The notes under the pieces were generated by a model. The model searched no databases. It had not been told where the DNA came from and saw only the letters and a program-made list of their open reading frames with translations. The translations under genes were made by a program, and so were the position numbers. From Paragordius varius (lineage: Eukaryota; Animalia; Nematomorpha), in contig OZ176055.1 of assembly GCA_964247055.1 (NCBI GenBank), positions 4,402,001-4,466,000 of the forward strand: 64,000 nucleotides of DNA, written 5' to 3'. Of this stretch, positions 34,705 through 47,547 are shown piece after piece (positions within the stretch are counted from its first letter, which is position 1; each line of letters opens with the position of its first letter).

Positions 34705-37010
34705 TTATAATGGTATGTTTGTTTTAAAAAATGGTAATTAAAACAATATAATTACCAATATATGATAATAAAAATAGAGGGAAACAATATATCTGGTTTT
34801 TATAAGATGTTGCCGTGCAGATAAAATCATTCACACACAATCTTATGAAAGTGCCCCATAGCTTTTTAGAAAAATTACTATTTGACAGCAGGTAAAACTA
34901 TGCGTTGATGAAAAAAGATAGGTGAATGGATAGAAAATTATTCAAATGCCGACTTTGCTACATTGTAAAATTTAAAAATAATTCAAATATTCTGTATTTT
35001 TGACTATTTTGCTTTCAAAGTATATATTGTGAGTTGTGTTTTTCCGTAGTCCATATTTTGTTTATAGGAAAAGGCACGGAAAAGAAAATTAAAATGGAAT
35101 TAATAAAAAAATTATTATGTGTGTGTGAGTGTGTGTGTGTGTGTGTGCCAAAATTAAAATAGGTCTATAAATTTGTTTATGCACAAAATAATGAAAAGAC
35201 TGGCTAAAAATTAAAGTTTAAGGAAGCAAAAAATTAAGGAACATACCTCCCACCCAAAACATAAAAAAGTTGTTTTATTCCTAGAAAAAAATGGTTATAT
35301 CGAAACCAAATATAATGAATTTTAAAAATAATATGCGGAAATATAAAAATTTTCCATTTGATAATTATAATTAAAGTAAACTCAAATAAATTTTAATTTA
35401 GCTGAAACTTATATGAAACAAGATGAATTTTCAAAGGATAAAATTACTGAAATATTAATTTATTTTTTGTTTATTTTTGAGGTCGCTTTCGCGGAAGCCC
35501 TGAGTGAAAGGTTGGCCTAAATCCGGAGTCTGATATTGATAGTTCCGCCACTTCGCGAATGGCTGCATTCATAAGCGATTTGGCCGGTCCAAAACGCAAG
35601 TCCATGTATAATTAGAGCAGAAAATAAAATATTAAAATTAAAAACCATAGTTTTTTACAGTTAAAAAAACCATTTATTTATTTTAACTAAGGGTACTCTA
35701 TCGAATTCTACAAACAAAACTTGTATAAATAAATGGTAATTAAAATATTTATAAAAAAAATTTTTAAAAAGCAGTACAAAAGTCTGGGCAGTACAGGCGC
35801 GGTTTTTTTTCGAAAACCCAGTACTGTACTGCGAAAAACAGCCTATCTGGTCACTTTAACCTACCTAGATCCCAAAACTGAATTATGGAGACCTCTTATC
35901 TTAAAAACGTGTAGCTCAGGATCTAATACTGGGAGATTATATGGGAAACATTAAATGTACTCAATATTTAAAATAAGTTTATATATCTTTACAATTTGTC
36001 AAATAGGTGTTTATTGCATTTATTATCAAATCCTTAAGATCCACGAATAATCGTTTCTGTCTGAAGTTGACTATGGGAATATTATTATTATTATATTTTA
36101 ATAAGGCAATATCATTAAACTCTAAAGGTGAAGCGCTTTGAATTTCTAATGGTGTATTTGTAGTTTTCTCATCCCTATTTATTGGATCAATAACTAGGTT
36201 TCAGATGTATTTAAATTATTATTATTAAGGGGTACCCTTATGTTTTCGCATCCACTTTTTTCAATATTCGTTCAGTATTTATTTACGTTATATATGATTT
36301 CATAGTCATTCTCATTTTAGTTGTTTTCTCTTCTTAGATTTTTCGTTTATTTGCGTAACCACTGAGTTTAGGCATTGATATCTGATGACAATGTTATAAA
36401 AAATACAAGGCTATAATAATAATAAAATCTCACCTTGTTAAAGATGGAATGATCTTGGAAATTTAATTAAATTTGGGTTTTGATTGGAAATTAAATATGA
36501 CTAAAATAAAAATGCAATGGATTTCTTAATTAAAAGAATAAGCGATAGACGTTTGAACAGATAGAAAAGTAAAAATAATTAAATTAAGAGCAGTAAGAAT
36601 CAACTATATAATCATGCGTGACAAAGAAATGTTTTTAGGCAAAAAAATAAGTTTGCATATGTTTGAAGGGAATACCAACATGGAAGTTGTTTTTGCATTA
36701 TGTTTGCTCTTGATCTCATTTATATGTTTATAAATTTTTAGGGATTATTACATAAATAGCCAAAAAATTTAAAATTTATATAATAACTAAACATAAATAG
36801 GCACCTCTATGGCACATGGAAGGGAAACTTACATGAAAGTTAATATTTTTGCATAATTTTTATAGTAAAAAAATTATAAATAGATTCCCCTTAATAACGG
36901 CACCCGGGGCATGATGCACCCCCTTGCCCCCCTTCGGTACGCCACTGAGTATGCTGAGCCTTTTTCATTATATTATATACTACTTTTAAACCTTAAAAAT
37001 ATTTAAATTA

Positions 37011-37202
37011 GAGTATGAGTAAGTAAACATTGCTAGAAAGTTATTACTTATTGCCAAATAGTAAATACAACAAAAGGCAGTATTATTGGCTAATATAATA
37101 GTAAAAGTGAAAAAAAATACCTATAAGCCAATAATACTGCCCTTTGTTGTATTTACTAGGCATAATTATTAACTTCCTAGCAATGTATACTTACTCATAC
37201 TG
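37011..37202. mobile_element. About 190-bp near-perfect foldback Tc1/mariner-type MITE
   Basis: Long terminal inverted repeats, TA flanks, homologous to 53063-53251. Confidence 0.75.
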
Positions 37203-37676
37203 TATTTGTGTGCAGGTCAAACATTTCCTTGCTCGTAACAATTTGAAGGGGTACAATGTACTGTTTCTATTAATATTTTTTGACAAAAGTCTTTTTTTTA
37301 CATTATAAAATAATTTTGTTTTGTTTTATGGAGCTATTTTATGTTTGTACAACATGTTTTTAAGGCTTTACAAGCGGTAAGATATATAGACTTTACTTTT
37401 AGCATATAACGTTTAAATTTGAACAAAAAATTTAATACTTTTTAAAAAATGTTGTTTTTACGTATTTAACACCAGCAAAATCTTTTTACTGTTTTGGAAC
37501 AATAAATTTATTTTAATAAATATTATATTTATAATTACAAATACATAATATAAATGTCAAATTTATATTTGTAATATGCATGAGACTTGTATATTCCGGG
37601 GTTTTTTGTTTAAAAAAAATAATATTGCTTTTTAGTTTTTCCACAAATCATAACATATAGCTTATGTATTAAGTAA

Positions 37677-40600
37677 TTATTTTTCACAAATTTGTCGATC
37701 ACATTCAGTTTCGCACAGAGTTAACCCACAAAATATATTAAGTTTTTTTGTATCAGGATCGAAATTAAGATTTGTTAAATTTGCGTACGTAAATATATTC
37801 TTTTCATTGAGGCGCTTATTTTGAAACAGATCATGATTTTGCTTTCGAGAATCCCCATACAATTGGCATCTAAATAGAAATATCAAAAACCAATGTTACT
37901 ATAAGAAGCACTAGAATATTAAAGAGGTTATTTAAAAAAATTGCATTTACGTTTCGATATTTCAAAAATGGTTGTCAAATCAATTTAAATAACACTGGTA
38001 AGCCTTACGTCGGCCGTGTTTAAAACTTAATTCAAATTTCGTGTTTACTATTAGAAAAACTTCAACTATAATCAACATGACCTCCATTTAAATAGATAAC
38101 TTTTATAAAAAGATATTAAAATATTACCCATTTATATCAATGATTTGGATTTTGTTTCTGTGATCTCCAGGTGATGCATAACAATGAGTCAATAGAATAT
38201 CATTAACAACTAATATCCCAAATTTACAGTAAAATCGAATTTATAAGACAAAATCTAAAAACAAAAAAAGACTAATATTTTTTCCAAACACCGCTCTACT
38301 TTACTTTAAACGTATTTTCTTATAAATAACTAATTATTTTAATTGCAACAGGGTGGTGCATTTGACTGCTTTTTCAAAAAAGGGTCAGACCCAGTCATAC
38401 CACGGTCATGACCACTTTTTACTTAAGTAAGTATCATCGATATTCGATTGTTAAAATAATGTTCGAATTCACTTGCGTTTCACTAATAATGTCATGTTTT
38501 TTCTTTGTTTGTATTATACTTTTTGATATTTATTATTTACATATATTTTCAATCGAATTTGATCAAGAAATTGTTTTCAAATAAATTTTGCCACATGTTT
38601 GTGGCCTTGTGAATCTTCAAATACATAGCTTTTAATACTGTATATTTCAAATTTTACCTAGTTTGTTTTACACTTTCTTTCATCATTAAAATATCCAATT
38701 ATAGGATGTTTATCATTTTTGGTGAACATATATGGAATATATTTTGCAAAGTGCTATATTGTATTATTACTTATGTTATAAAGAGGCATGTTTAACAATT
38801 TTTAATATTGTTAAATAAGCATATTTAAATATTTAATTTTTATTTTTAAAAATATATTAAAAAACAATAAAATCTTACTATCTCTCTTCCAAAAAAATTA
38901 CTACCATTTTTTCAAAAAACAGCTGTTTTTTACATTGACCATGGTCAAATAATAAATAGTCACTGACCTGGTCATGACTTGGTCAATTGACCGGGTCATG
39001 ACTTTGTCAGCACAACCCTAATTACAACAATTAACCATATGTTTTATAATTTGATATAGCAAGGTTTAAAAACTATGGTATAATCTCAAATTTTATTGTA
39101 TAAATCAAATTTTTTAATTTTACCTAAATCTTCAAATATTGGCCCCACAAATTTGCCAATCAATGTAATATGATCACCAACCATAAAAAAAGAATCTTGT
39201 TCACGCAATAAATTTTCTTTAAAACTATCTTTGTATAAACTATTTTTGTTGTTTAACGCAGCGGCATTGATAATAAATATAGAAACATGGTCCCTTAATT
39301 CATTTATATTCTGTTTGTGTTTTAGCATTGGATGATGGGGCCTGCCTTGGAAATTTATATTTGTAATATAAGGCTTTACCAATACCACCCGATTCGTAAT
39401 GTCTTGCTTTCCTAAAGTTGGGACTACCTTGTCTATGTCGTTTTCCTCACTAGTTAACGAAATTGTAAAAAAATCTAATTAATATAATACCTTAAAGAAA
39501 CAATAAAATTGTGATTGCCCATATTGACATCAAAATTTATCGTTTATAAAAAAGCTTCGGCTTATTTATATTTAGCTGGCATTTAATTATTGCACATTAA
39601 AAATTAACGGGTATAAAGTTGTAACAATATATAAATTAAAAAAAATTTGTTAATTTTTATAATATTAGCTTTTTGGACATGAATATTAATTCTATTTAAC
39701 TAATTGTCCAACATCGTGTCACCGTGAATAGATGTTCCTTGAGAAATTATGTTTATAAAAATAACTATTTTAAATATTTGATGTTTTAAAAAAATGGTTC
39801 TAATTCAATATCAATCGTGATTTCAAGTTGTTCATTACTTTTATATCCCTTACTACAGCAAAATTTGGATGAACATCACATCTAGCTGCTGAGCTATGGA
39901 TAGGTTTACGCCAAATTGATTATTATATAATGATTTGAAGCCATTTTTCTTTTTAAATTTTTTAAAAGAAACTAATCACCTGAGCATGTTGCCACTCCGA
40001 TACCTAATTGGAGATTTAGTTATAGGTTCTTTTTCTTTGATATCCAAACCATATTCTATGCTTCGGCTGAGATCATATATAGCTTTATTTGTTGAATGCG
40101 TTGTACACTTAACCTCATAAATTTTATCACCGTAATCTAAGATGCCGTGTTGTCCCTCTTTCATGACGACAATCTTATTTTGGAATTCACTTAAGGGCTG
40201 ACCCACCAAATTATCATCTAACTAAATTATCGAATAATAAAAAAAAGCATGCCATAAGAGGTAATATTAAATAAGATAAATATTTTTTTAAAGACATCCA
40301 TACTTTTTCAAACCTTGATGTTTTCTACATAAACTGCATAATTACAATTGTGAAATGCAGAATCGATTGAGTAAATAATTTAAAATTCTATTCCTTATTT
40401 TCGACAGGGATAGGTTATTGAAAATCAAGGTTTAAACATATGGTTATAATTTTTAAAATAATTATTGTCTTGTCTGTGAAATTAAAATATCTACTGTTTA
40501 TTAGCAAGAAACCAAATAAATCTTGTATCAAAACCATAAGATTATGTTTAAAATATATCTTAGAGAACTATTTTTTTTACCAAATTTTCATTTGTACCAC

Positions 40601-43600
40601 ATTCGCGTAAGGAAAATGTGAATGTAACATGCATTGAACCATCGCCCGTCAAACGACATTTGTCATCTTTGAAATGGCCCAAGATATATATTACGCCAGT
40701 GAACGGTTTAATGAAATCGAATTCGACATCCATTAAATAACGAATGTTATCACAAGTTACCATGGCTTTGCCTATAATCCAATAATAGATTTAACTATCT
40801 CACAAATTTTTGATTCATGGTATTATCTTTTTCAATGGATGAACTAAAAATTTAATATTGATAAAATATTAATTTTATTATATACTAGCGTGAATCTCGC
40901 GCTGCTACGCAGCCCGAGGAAGTCCTTCGAACTTCTGGGGGGGGGGAAGGGGGGGGGGGGGGAGGGGGGGTTCGAAGTTTGGATTTGAATGGGTCTACCG
41001 TTTTTCCTATAGATCACAAAGCCAGCATTTTCCATTTTTATAAATATATAGATTACCATAAATAATGTTTTAATATCCATATATCTTTTAACAAGTTATA
41101 CATATGATAGATACTCCTTACTCAGCAGCTATCATCAAAGAAACGCCTGACTAAAATTTTTGCCTTTTAACAGGCATTACGAAAAATCCTTCTCGAATTT
41201 TTACAGTCTCATACCTTGGACAAAAAAATACAATCAAAAAATATTTTTGTGGACTTTGTTTTTTTTTGAAAAAAATGGCATTTTACGGGGGGAGCGGGTA
41301 AAAAGAGGGCCTAAATCAAAAAAGTGACTCGACTATGTTCGGCGCAATCGAAAATAAGTAAACAAAAATCATATTTGAAATTGAATGGTCCAACACGTTC
41401 TCCGGAAAATTGTCTCAAAAACACGATTTTGTGGACTTCTGTTTTTAAAAAAAACCCGTTTTTCATACGGGGTGGGCCCAAACTGGGGGCCTATTTCAAA
41501 AAAAGGGCGAAGCTATTGTCGGGACATTTATTAATGATTATATTTTTTCGATATTTGGATTTGATTGGGTCTACCGGTTTTCCTGTACCAGATCACAAAG
41601 CCAGCATTTCCATTTTTATAAATATATAGATTATAATTATTTTTACTACTTTGTTTTAATTATTACTTTATCAATATTAAATTTTTTTGTATTATTTCAT
41701 CCATGGAAAAGATACTAACATGTATCGAAAATTTTGGACTAATTTAATAAATTTTACGATTGAAATTATTATTTACATCAAATATTTTTTTACATAATGT
41801 CAACAACATCATATGTAATAAAATAAGGGATTTAAGATAAATTATCTAAGATTGTATTTAACTTGTAATCCATAAGTCTTGAGGTTCTGCTGGGTCGGGC
41901 TCATTTTTTGGGGTGGGATTGTTAAGGTCATCCCACAAATATTTCCAACTTTTTTTCACATCATTTTCCGGATTGAATATATTGTTTTTCTTCAATTGTT
42001 TAGGTTTTGAAATTCTATCTTCTCTCCTATCTTCGTTTTTTCTTACATTAAAATTATGAATAAAAATACAAAAATTTGATCAAATACTGAATCATTTTAC
42101 TAGATTGGTATTTATCTAAATTTTATGGTCTCTATTGAACTATTCCAAATTGTTACTATGATATTGGTTAGTGTGTTGTTTATTAATAAATATTAAGTAA
42201 GATGAATCAGTTTTTTAGGATGATATTTTTTAAGCAATATAGTCGAAATAAATGTGAGAGATTTTATCTAAAGTCAAATTTAAGCCTGCATTAGTTAAAA
42301 ACTTGAATAAAAAATCGATGACTTTTTCATTGTGCTTATATTGTGGTAACATGAAAATATTTTATGGAATGCCAAAAATATTATATGCCTTATATTATAA
42401 TTTATATTATACCCAAGATCCATAAAAAAATTGTTTTGGTCATCTGGTTGCAGCTGTTCTAAATATCTGCATTCCGTCAGGTGTTGATATTGAGGCACTG
42501 AACACATTATTTCAATATCCCTTAGATATGAATAATCTAATTTTGAAACGGCTTGTGTATTTCCATTCTTTAATTCGTAATTTTTATTTTCATTCCATTT
42601 TCGTTTAAGAAAAACAATCAAATGATGTAAATTATCATCTCCATCGTGGAATGGCTCTTCTATTCGACCCTTTTTTCTCATACGATTTGGTTGTTTTTCT
42701 TTTAAACCACGTGATTTTTTATATATTTTTTCAAAAGAACGAAACTTATTTATATTATTTTGTTTCTTCCTTATGTTTGTGTGATAATTTTCATATGATG
42801 GTTCAAAACTTTTTCGTTGTCCTCCATATCCATCATTAGCGTTAACAGGAATGGCTGCTCCCTTGTAATAAAACGGATACGTATCTCCAAATGTGTCTGA
42901 TTTTTCATTGTATGTCTTTTGTTTTTTATTTTTCCTGACGACCGAATTCCTCCTTTTTGGGGGATAATAATGATAAGGGTACTCCTTATCAGGTTCATCA
43001 TCGTTATGATAAAATGCTTTCTTGTGCATTTTTGGTGAATTACCATTATTATCTTGTTCGTTTGTAGTTGTATCGACTGGCATCCAATCTCGGCCCATTT
43101 CTCTCAACACTTTCCCCTCCACGTAATCATCGTCAGACTGTTCTTCTCTCTCATTGTTGTTATCAGCATTATAAGGTTTGGAAGGCCTAAAGTCATTATA
43201 ATCTTTTGGTTTATTCCTATCCATGCCATCCTCATATTCAATTGATGGATAAATATTTTCTTTCTCTCGATCTGATCCTCCAAAATTATGATTTGGAGAT
43301 GATGGAGCTTGTGCAAAATTTGGGTTTGAATAGTCAACATTCCTATCATCTGCATTATAATCATTTTTGTCATCATTATGTGATTTATCAGTTGTTGTCT
43401 CCGGATATCTTTTCTTATTATTATTATTGTTACCATGCAATGGTTTTTTATATCCTCTTTTATGGCTCTTCAATCTTTTAAAGGCTCGTACAGCTTCCTC
43501 AATCATCCGTTCATCATTATAATTGTGTGGGTAAGAATTTTTCCTTAATTTGTTACGAGCTTTGTGTCTATGACGACGTTTTGGATGATTATAAGCTATC

Positions 43601-46102
43601 TTTTGATCATTGTAAAAATCAAAATCTCTATCTGTATCGAATTGCGAATCCACATAAAATTTTGAATCTTCCGGTCCGGTTGGGTATTCATCGGGTGCAT
43701 AATCGAATGTGCGTAAATAATTTCCTTCACGCATTTGTCTTGAATTGGTTCGGTCCTCGTCAAATCCTCGGCCAACCCCATGGTAATATGGGCTGAGATT
43801 GTTGTTTTGTCGTTCATTGTTGTGTTGAGCATAGCTATCTTCCATTTCCATTATGGTAGGTCTATCATTTATAAAATATACAGTTTATTAAAGTCTATTT
43901 TTTACTTTTTCATAGAGGCTTAGGACTTAAATTGTATTAACACTTATGAAATCTTTAACAGTCGCCTGGGGCAGTTTCGAGGTTCGAAATATGGCACTCC
44001 TTACAGACATGTAAGAGTCCGGCGCAATACCTATTATACCATCACGCCTTCTATAGTATCATAATATAAAAAAGGTAATATACAGTAAGTATTATTTAGA
44101 TGGTTGTTTATTTCACATTATAGTAGGGCGATTTGCAATGCAGGAATATATGGAAAAAAGAAAATAATAGTTTATTCAACATTTTGTTGTTTTTTCCATA
44201 CACTACTATGTTGCGAATTGCCCAACTATAGTGTGGAATAAGCAACTATAAAATGCATTTTGTAATATAAAATGATCAAACATATTTTAAGCCAATTTTG
44301 TGATCATGATTCCTAATATTTATAAAAATAATGAACTAATTGAAAAGAAAAAATTTTGATTTTTGCCAATAATGATTACGGTTGGAATTTTTGTTTAGAG
44401 TATTAAGCATAAAACAAAAATGATATTGCCTATCACAAAATTGAAATTATAAACTTACAAAAAGTATTTGGATTTTAATTATACTGTTTATACCACAGGT
44501 TCCAACACAGATGGCCTTGCGGGCCCATTTAGAATATATGTGGGCATTCATAAACGTATTTCATGCATACGACCGTAAAATGCAAGCACAATATTACATT
44601 TTTTGTAGTTTTTGCCATTTTGATATTAAAAAATTGTTTACAAATAGTTTGTGAGCATATTTAATTACGAATTCCAAATTTTTCGCGGGCCGCACATAAA
44701 GTTTCGGAGGGCCGCGTGCTGGAAATCCGTTGTTTACACAATCATTTATATCAAATGAAGATATTAAATCATTCTTTTTCAGATGTTTTGCTTATGCATA
44801 AAATAGCGAAATACACTAAATATTTTTATTATGTTTATTTAAGCTCCCATATAAATGTAGCCGTCAATTCAGAATTACAGGTCACTAAATATTTTTAATA
44901 TGTTTATCATAAACTCCTATATAAATGTAACCGATTATTTAGGAAAAATTCCAGACGACCTGGAATAAAAGATTAGGCATACCAAAATTAATTTAAAAAA
45001 ATTGAAACAAATCACAATTTTAATGTTGGGTATCATAATATATAAAATATATTTTTGAGTTTTACATATCAAAATTGACTGGTCCTTCTTGATTGCCTCC
45101 GCTGTCCAGATTTTTGCCCCCGAAATATCTCATGCTAAAATCGTCATTATCTTCATATTGATCATAGTGACCCTCATTGCTATTCATTAAATGGCTACGA
45201 AAATCTTTGAGTCCTTTTGGCTCCTGATGAGCCGCTATCCCGAAATCGGGACTTTCCAAAGGTAAGATATTTGATGCTTTCAAATGCGGAAAGATGCTAT
45301 ACACATCGGATTTAATCGACGTATGCTGATTATCGATCCCGGACACTGTATTATCTTTGGAATTAAGGGGCATTTCAAATACGTTTGAGTTTGGATCACT
45401 AGATGAAGGTTGAGGATGTGATCCAATTAGATTCGTATTTCCAAGCGAGGAGAGAGAAGGCATTTGTTCTTGTTCCACGCCCATGTTTTGATTATTTAAG
45501 GGCATATTTAACATGTCTAATGGATTAGTATTTAGTGTTTTAACTTCATCATCATCATTGTTATTACCATTATGCCTTTCAACTGGTTGAGTATTGCTAT
45601 AGTTTGGATTGATGATAAAATTTTGCAAATGAGTTGTAGTCTCAGAAGAATTTTTGGTTGTGACTGTAACAATATCGTTTTTGTGTGGACCTTTATTTTT
45701 TACCCCCTTATTGTCATCAAGTATGGGCTCAACTATTAAAAGCAGTTTGCTGTAATTAGCTTTTGGATTAGGTGAAGTAGAAACTTGAATCATGTTTTTA
45801 CGTGTTTTACCCGTGGAGGAGGGAGGAGTATCATTTCTTCGATATTTAGTTAATCGTCTCAAATCATCTTTTGTAATTTGTGGAATTAGCTTACTTTCCG
45901 ATAATTTAAAATTCGGATCCCCATACCTTTGTTGGAGATAAAAATTGGATTCGTGAATGTCTGCTGGTCGGAACTTAAAACCGTAGACATGAGATGTTGC
46001 GGATAGAAATTGTGAGATGAATGATATTAGGAATGGTGTAGCAAAAATTACAATAAACATTATCGTGGAAATTATTAAAACAATTCCAATTTTATTCATC
46101 AC
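37677..46102 (-). CDS. Large secreted or membrane ZP-domain (cuticlin-like) protein with a long low-complexity N-terminus; 3' end uncertain
   Basis: Phase-compatible exons about 46099-45066, 43861-42413, 42041-41863, 40771-40581, 40221-40004 (or 39980), 39449-39124, 38209-38128 and 37869 to about 37680. Hydrophobic N-terminus. ZP-N-like VTC...VEFDFIKPFTGVIYILGH...CRL...SLRECG; ZP-C-like LTHCYASPG...IIDINGC and NIFCGLTLCETEC. Confidence 0.72.
38350..39020. mobile_element. hAT-like MITE, 671 bp, in a ZP-gene intron
   Basis: Ends AGGGTGGTGC / GCACAACCCTA; 8-bp flanks ATTGCAAC / ATTACAAC; subterminal GGTCATGAC repeats at both ends. Confidence 0.7.
40885..41630 (-). mobile_element. Non-autonomous Helitron, copy B, composite with two 5' ends, in a ZP-gene intron
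   Basis: Same termini as copy A. 5' TC ends at 41052 and 41630; expanded G-tract at 40937-40970. Confidence 0.72.
44081..44270. mobile_element. Degenerate foldback MITE
   Basis: Inverted arms TTATTTCACATTATAGTAGGGCGATTTGCAA / TTGCGAATTGCCCAACTATAGTGTGGAATAA; starts TACAGT. Confidence 0.5.
44497..44731. mobile_element. hAT-Charlie-like MITE
   Basis: GCGGGCC/GGGCCGC subterminal motifs and imperfect terminal repeats typical of Charlie-type MITEs. Confidence 0.5.
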
Positions 46103-47547
46103 TACGAATTTGCAAATATGACATTTTTAATAAGTGATGTATTTAATAAATTTATATAATTTTTTTGCATAAAAGTTTAATTAATATTAATAATGCGTGT
46201 CAAAATTGAATTCGTGCTTTATATAAAAAATACAGTGAACTGTCTGTTCTTTGTATGATTTTAGCTTACGTCTTATTTGATGTTTATCTTTGTTCAAAGT
46301 TTAAATAGTTATATTGCCACAAACCTTTTTAAATAGCGATGCAAATTTAAATTAGTTAAATATATTTTTTGGATTTTTAATTATAATTTCTCGAAACAAA
46401 TGATTGTCTTTATTCCTTATTTTAAAAACAACCGTTTTATGGAATAATCAAAGAAATAGACATATAGTATATTGATACTTATGATACAGCTCTTATATAT
46501 TTTTAAATTGTATAGTTCATATATGGTCCATATTTTTAAATATAAATTCCGCATTAAACAATCCTCATTGTATTAACTAGAGAAAACTAGTATCAAAATA
46601 GGTTGGACATTTTATTGGTGTAGAATTTAGTTTTTCTACAGCACTTATTTTAAGCCTTTTACAATTTTATGTATATGTAAAAAATCAAAAATTTTTATCA
46701 TTAATCATTTTGTTTTTCTATTAAAACAACATTTTCAGTCAACACAGGTTTTTGCTTCCATTTTCAATCAGACGCAACATAACGACTCATTTTTTAATTA
46801 TTAAATCATAAATATTTTAGGTTTGCTGCGTCAGAGTGAAGAATGGATAAGAGCAAAACAGTATACCATTTTTCAGGCTAAAGAACATTCTCAAGCAAAC
46901 GCAACATTTTTCATCCAAAAGCACCATTTTTTTGAGCAAACGTAACACTTTTTCAAGCACGCGCACCATTTTAGCAAATGCAACTAAAAAAATGTTGCTT
47001 TTGACTAAAAAATGGAAAATAACAGATAAATTTTGTCCTTCAATTTTTAAGTCAGTAAAGATACAGCATGAACTAAAAATTTTTAGGAACATTTTTAATT
47101 TTAAAACTATTAGCATTTTTTTCTTAATTTCTGGTCCAAATGTATTTAAAAAAGCGATATTAATTTTAAATTTATTAAATTAACTTTGCAATATCTCAAA
47201 TATAATATTAGGGTGACTATGTAAAATATCAATTGCATATATCCATTCTGTCGTTAGATAAGAATATAATTATGGATGGAATATTAATAAATATATTTTA
47301 ATAAAATTAATCATAAATCCAATCCATGCATTGTCCAAAATATTTTTTATATTGATTATTTGGAAGATGTGTTTTATATCTTAAAATATTATAAAATTAT
47401 GTCATGATCAATATTGTATAAATATATTTGCTTTATATATCATGAAAAAAATATTATCACAGGAAATACTAAATTATATATAGATAGATAAATGGAAGAT
47501 ACTCAAATCTAGCATTAAAATATATCAGTAATGATATTATTGTATTT

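Noticed and set aside
35466-36730. Possible further ZP-gene exons (membrane anchor and cytoplasmic tail, for example YMDLRFGPAKSL...RKRPQK stop near 35470-35610)
   Set aside because: Plausible, but I could not build a consistent splice chain to them, so they are not included in the gene model.
38210-40580. 13-nt and 18-nt GT..AG stretches in the ZP gene as even smaller introns
   Set aside because: They do not join open, conserved frames, and ordinary introns explain the exon chain.
42651-43832. Several alternative-frame and antisense ORFs overlapping the 518-aa ORF
   Set aside because: They are shadows of one low-complexity coding exon.
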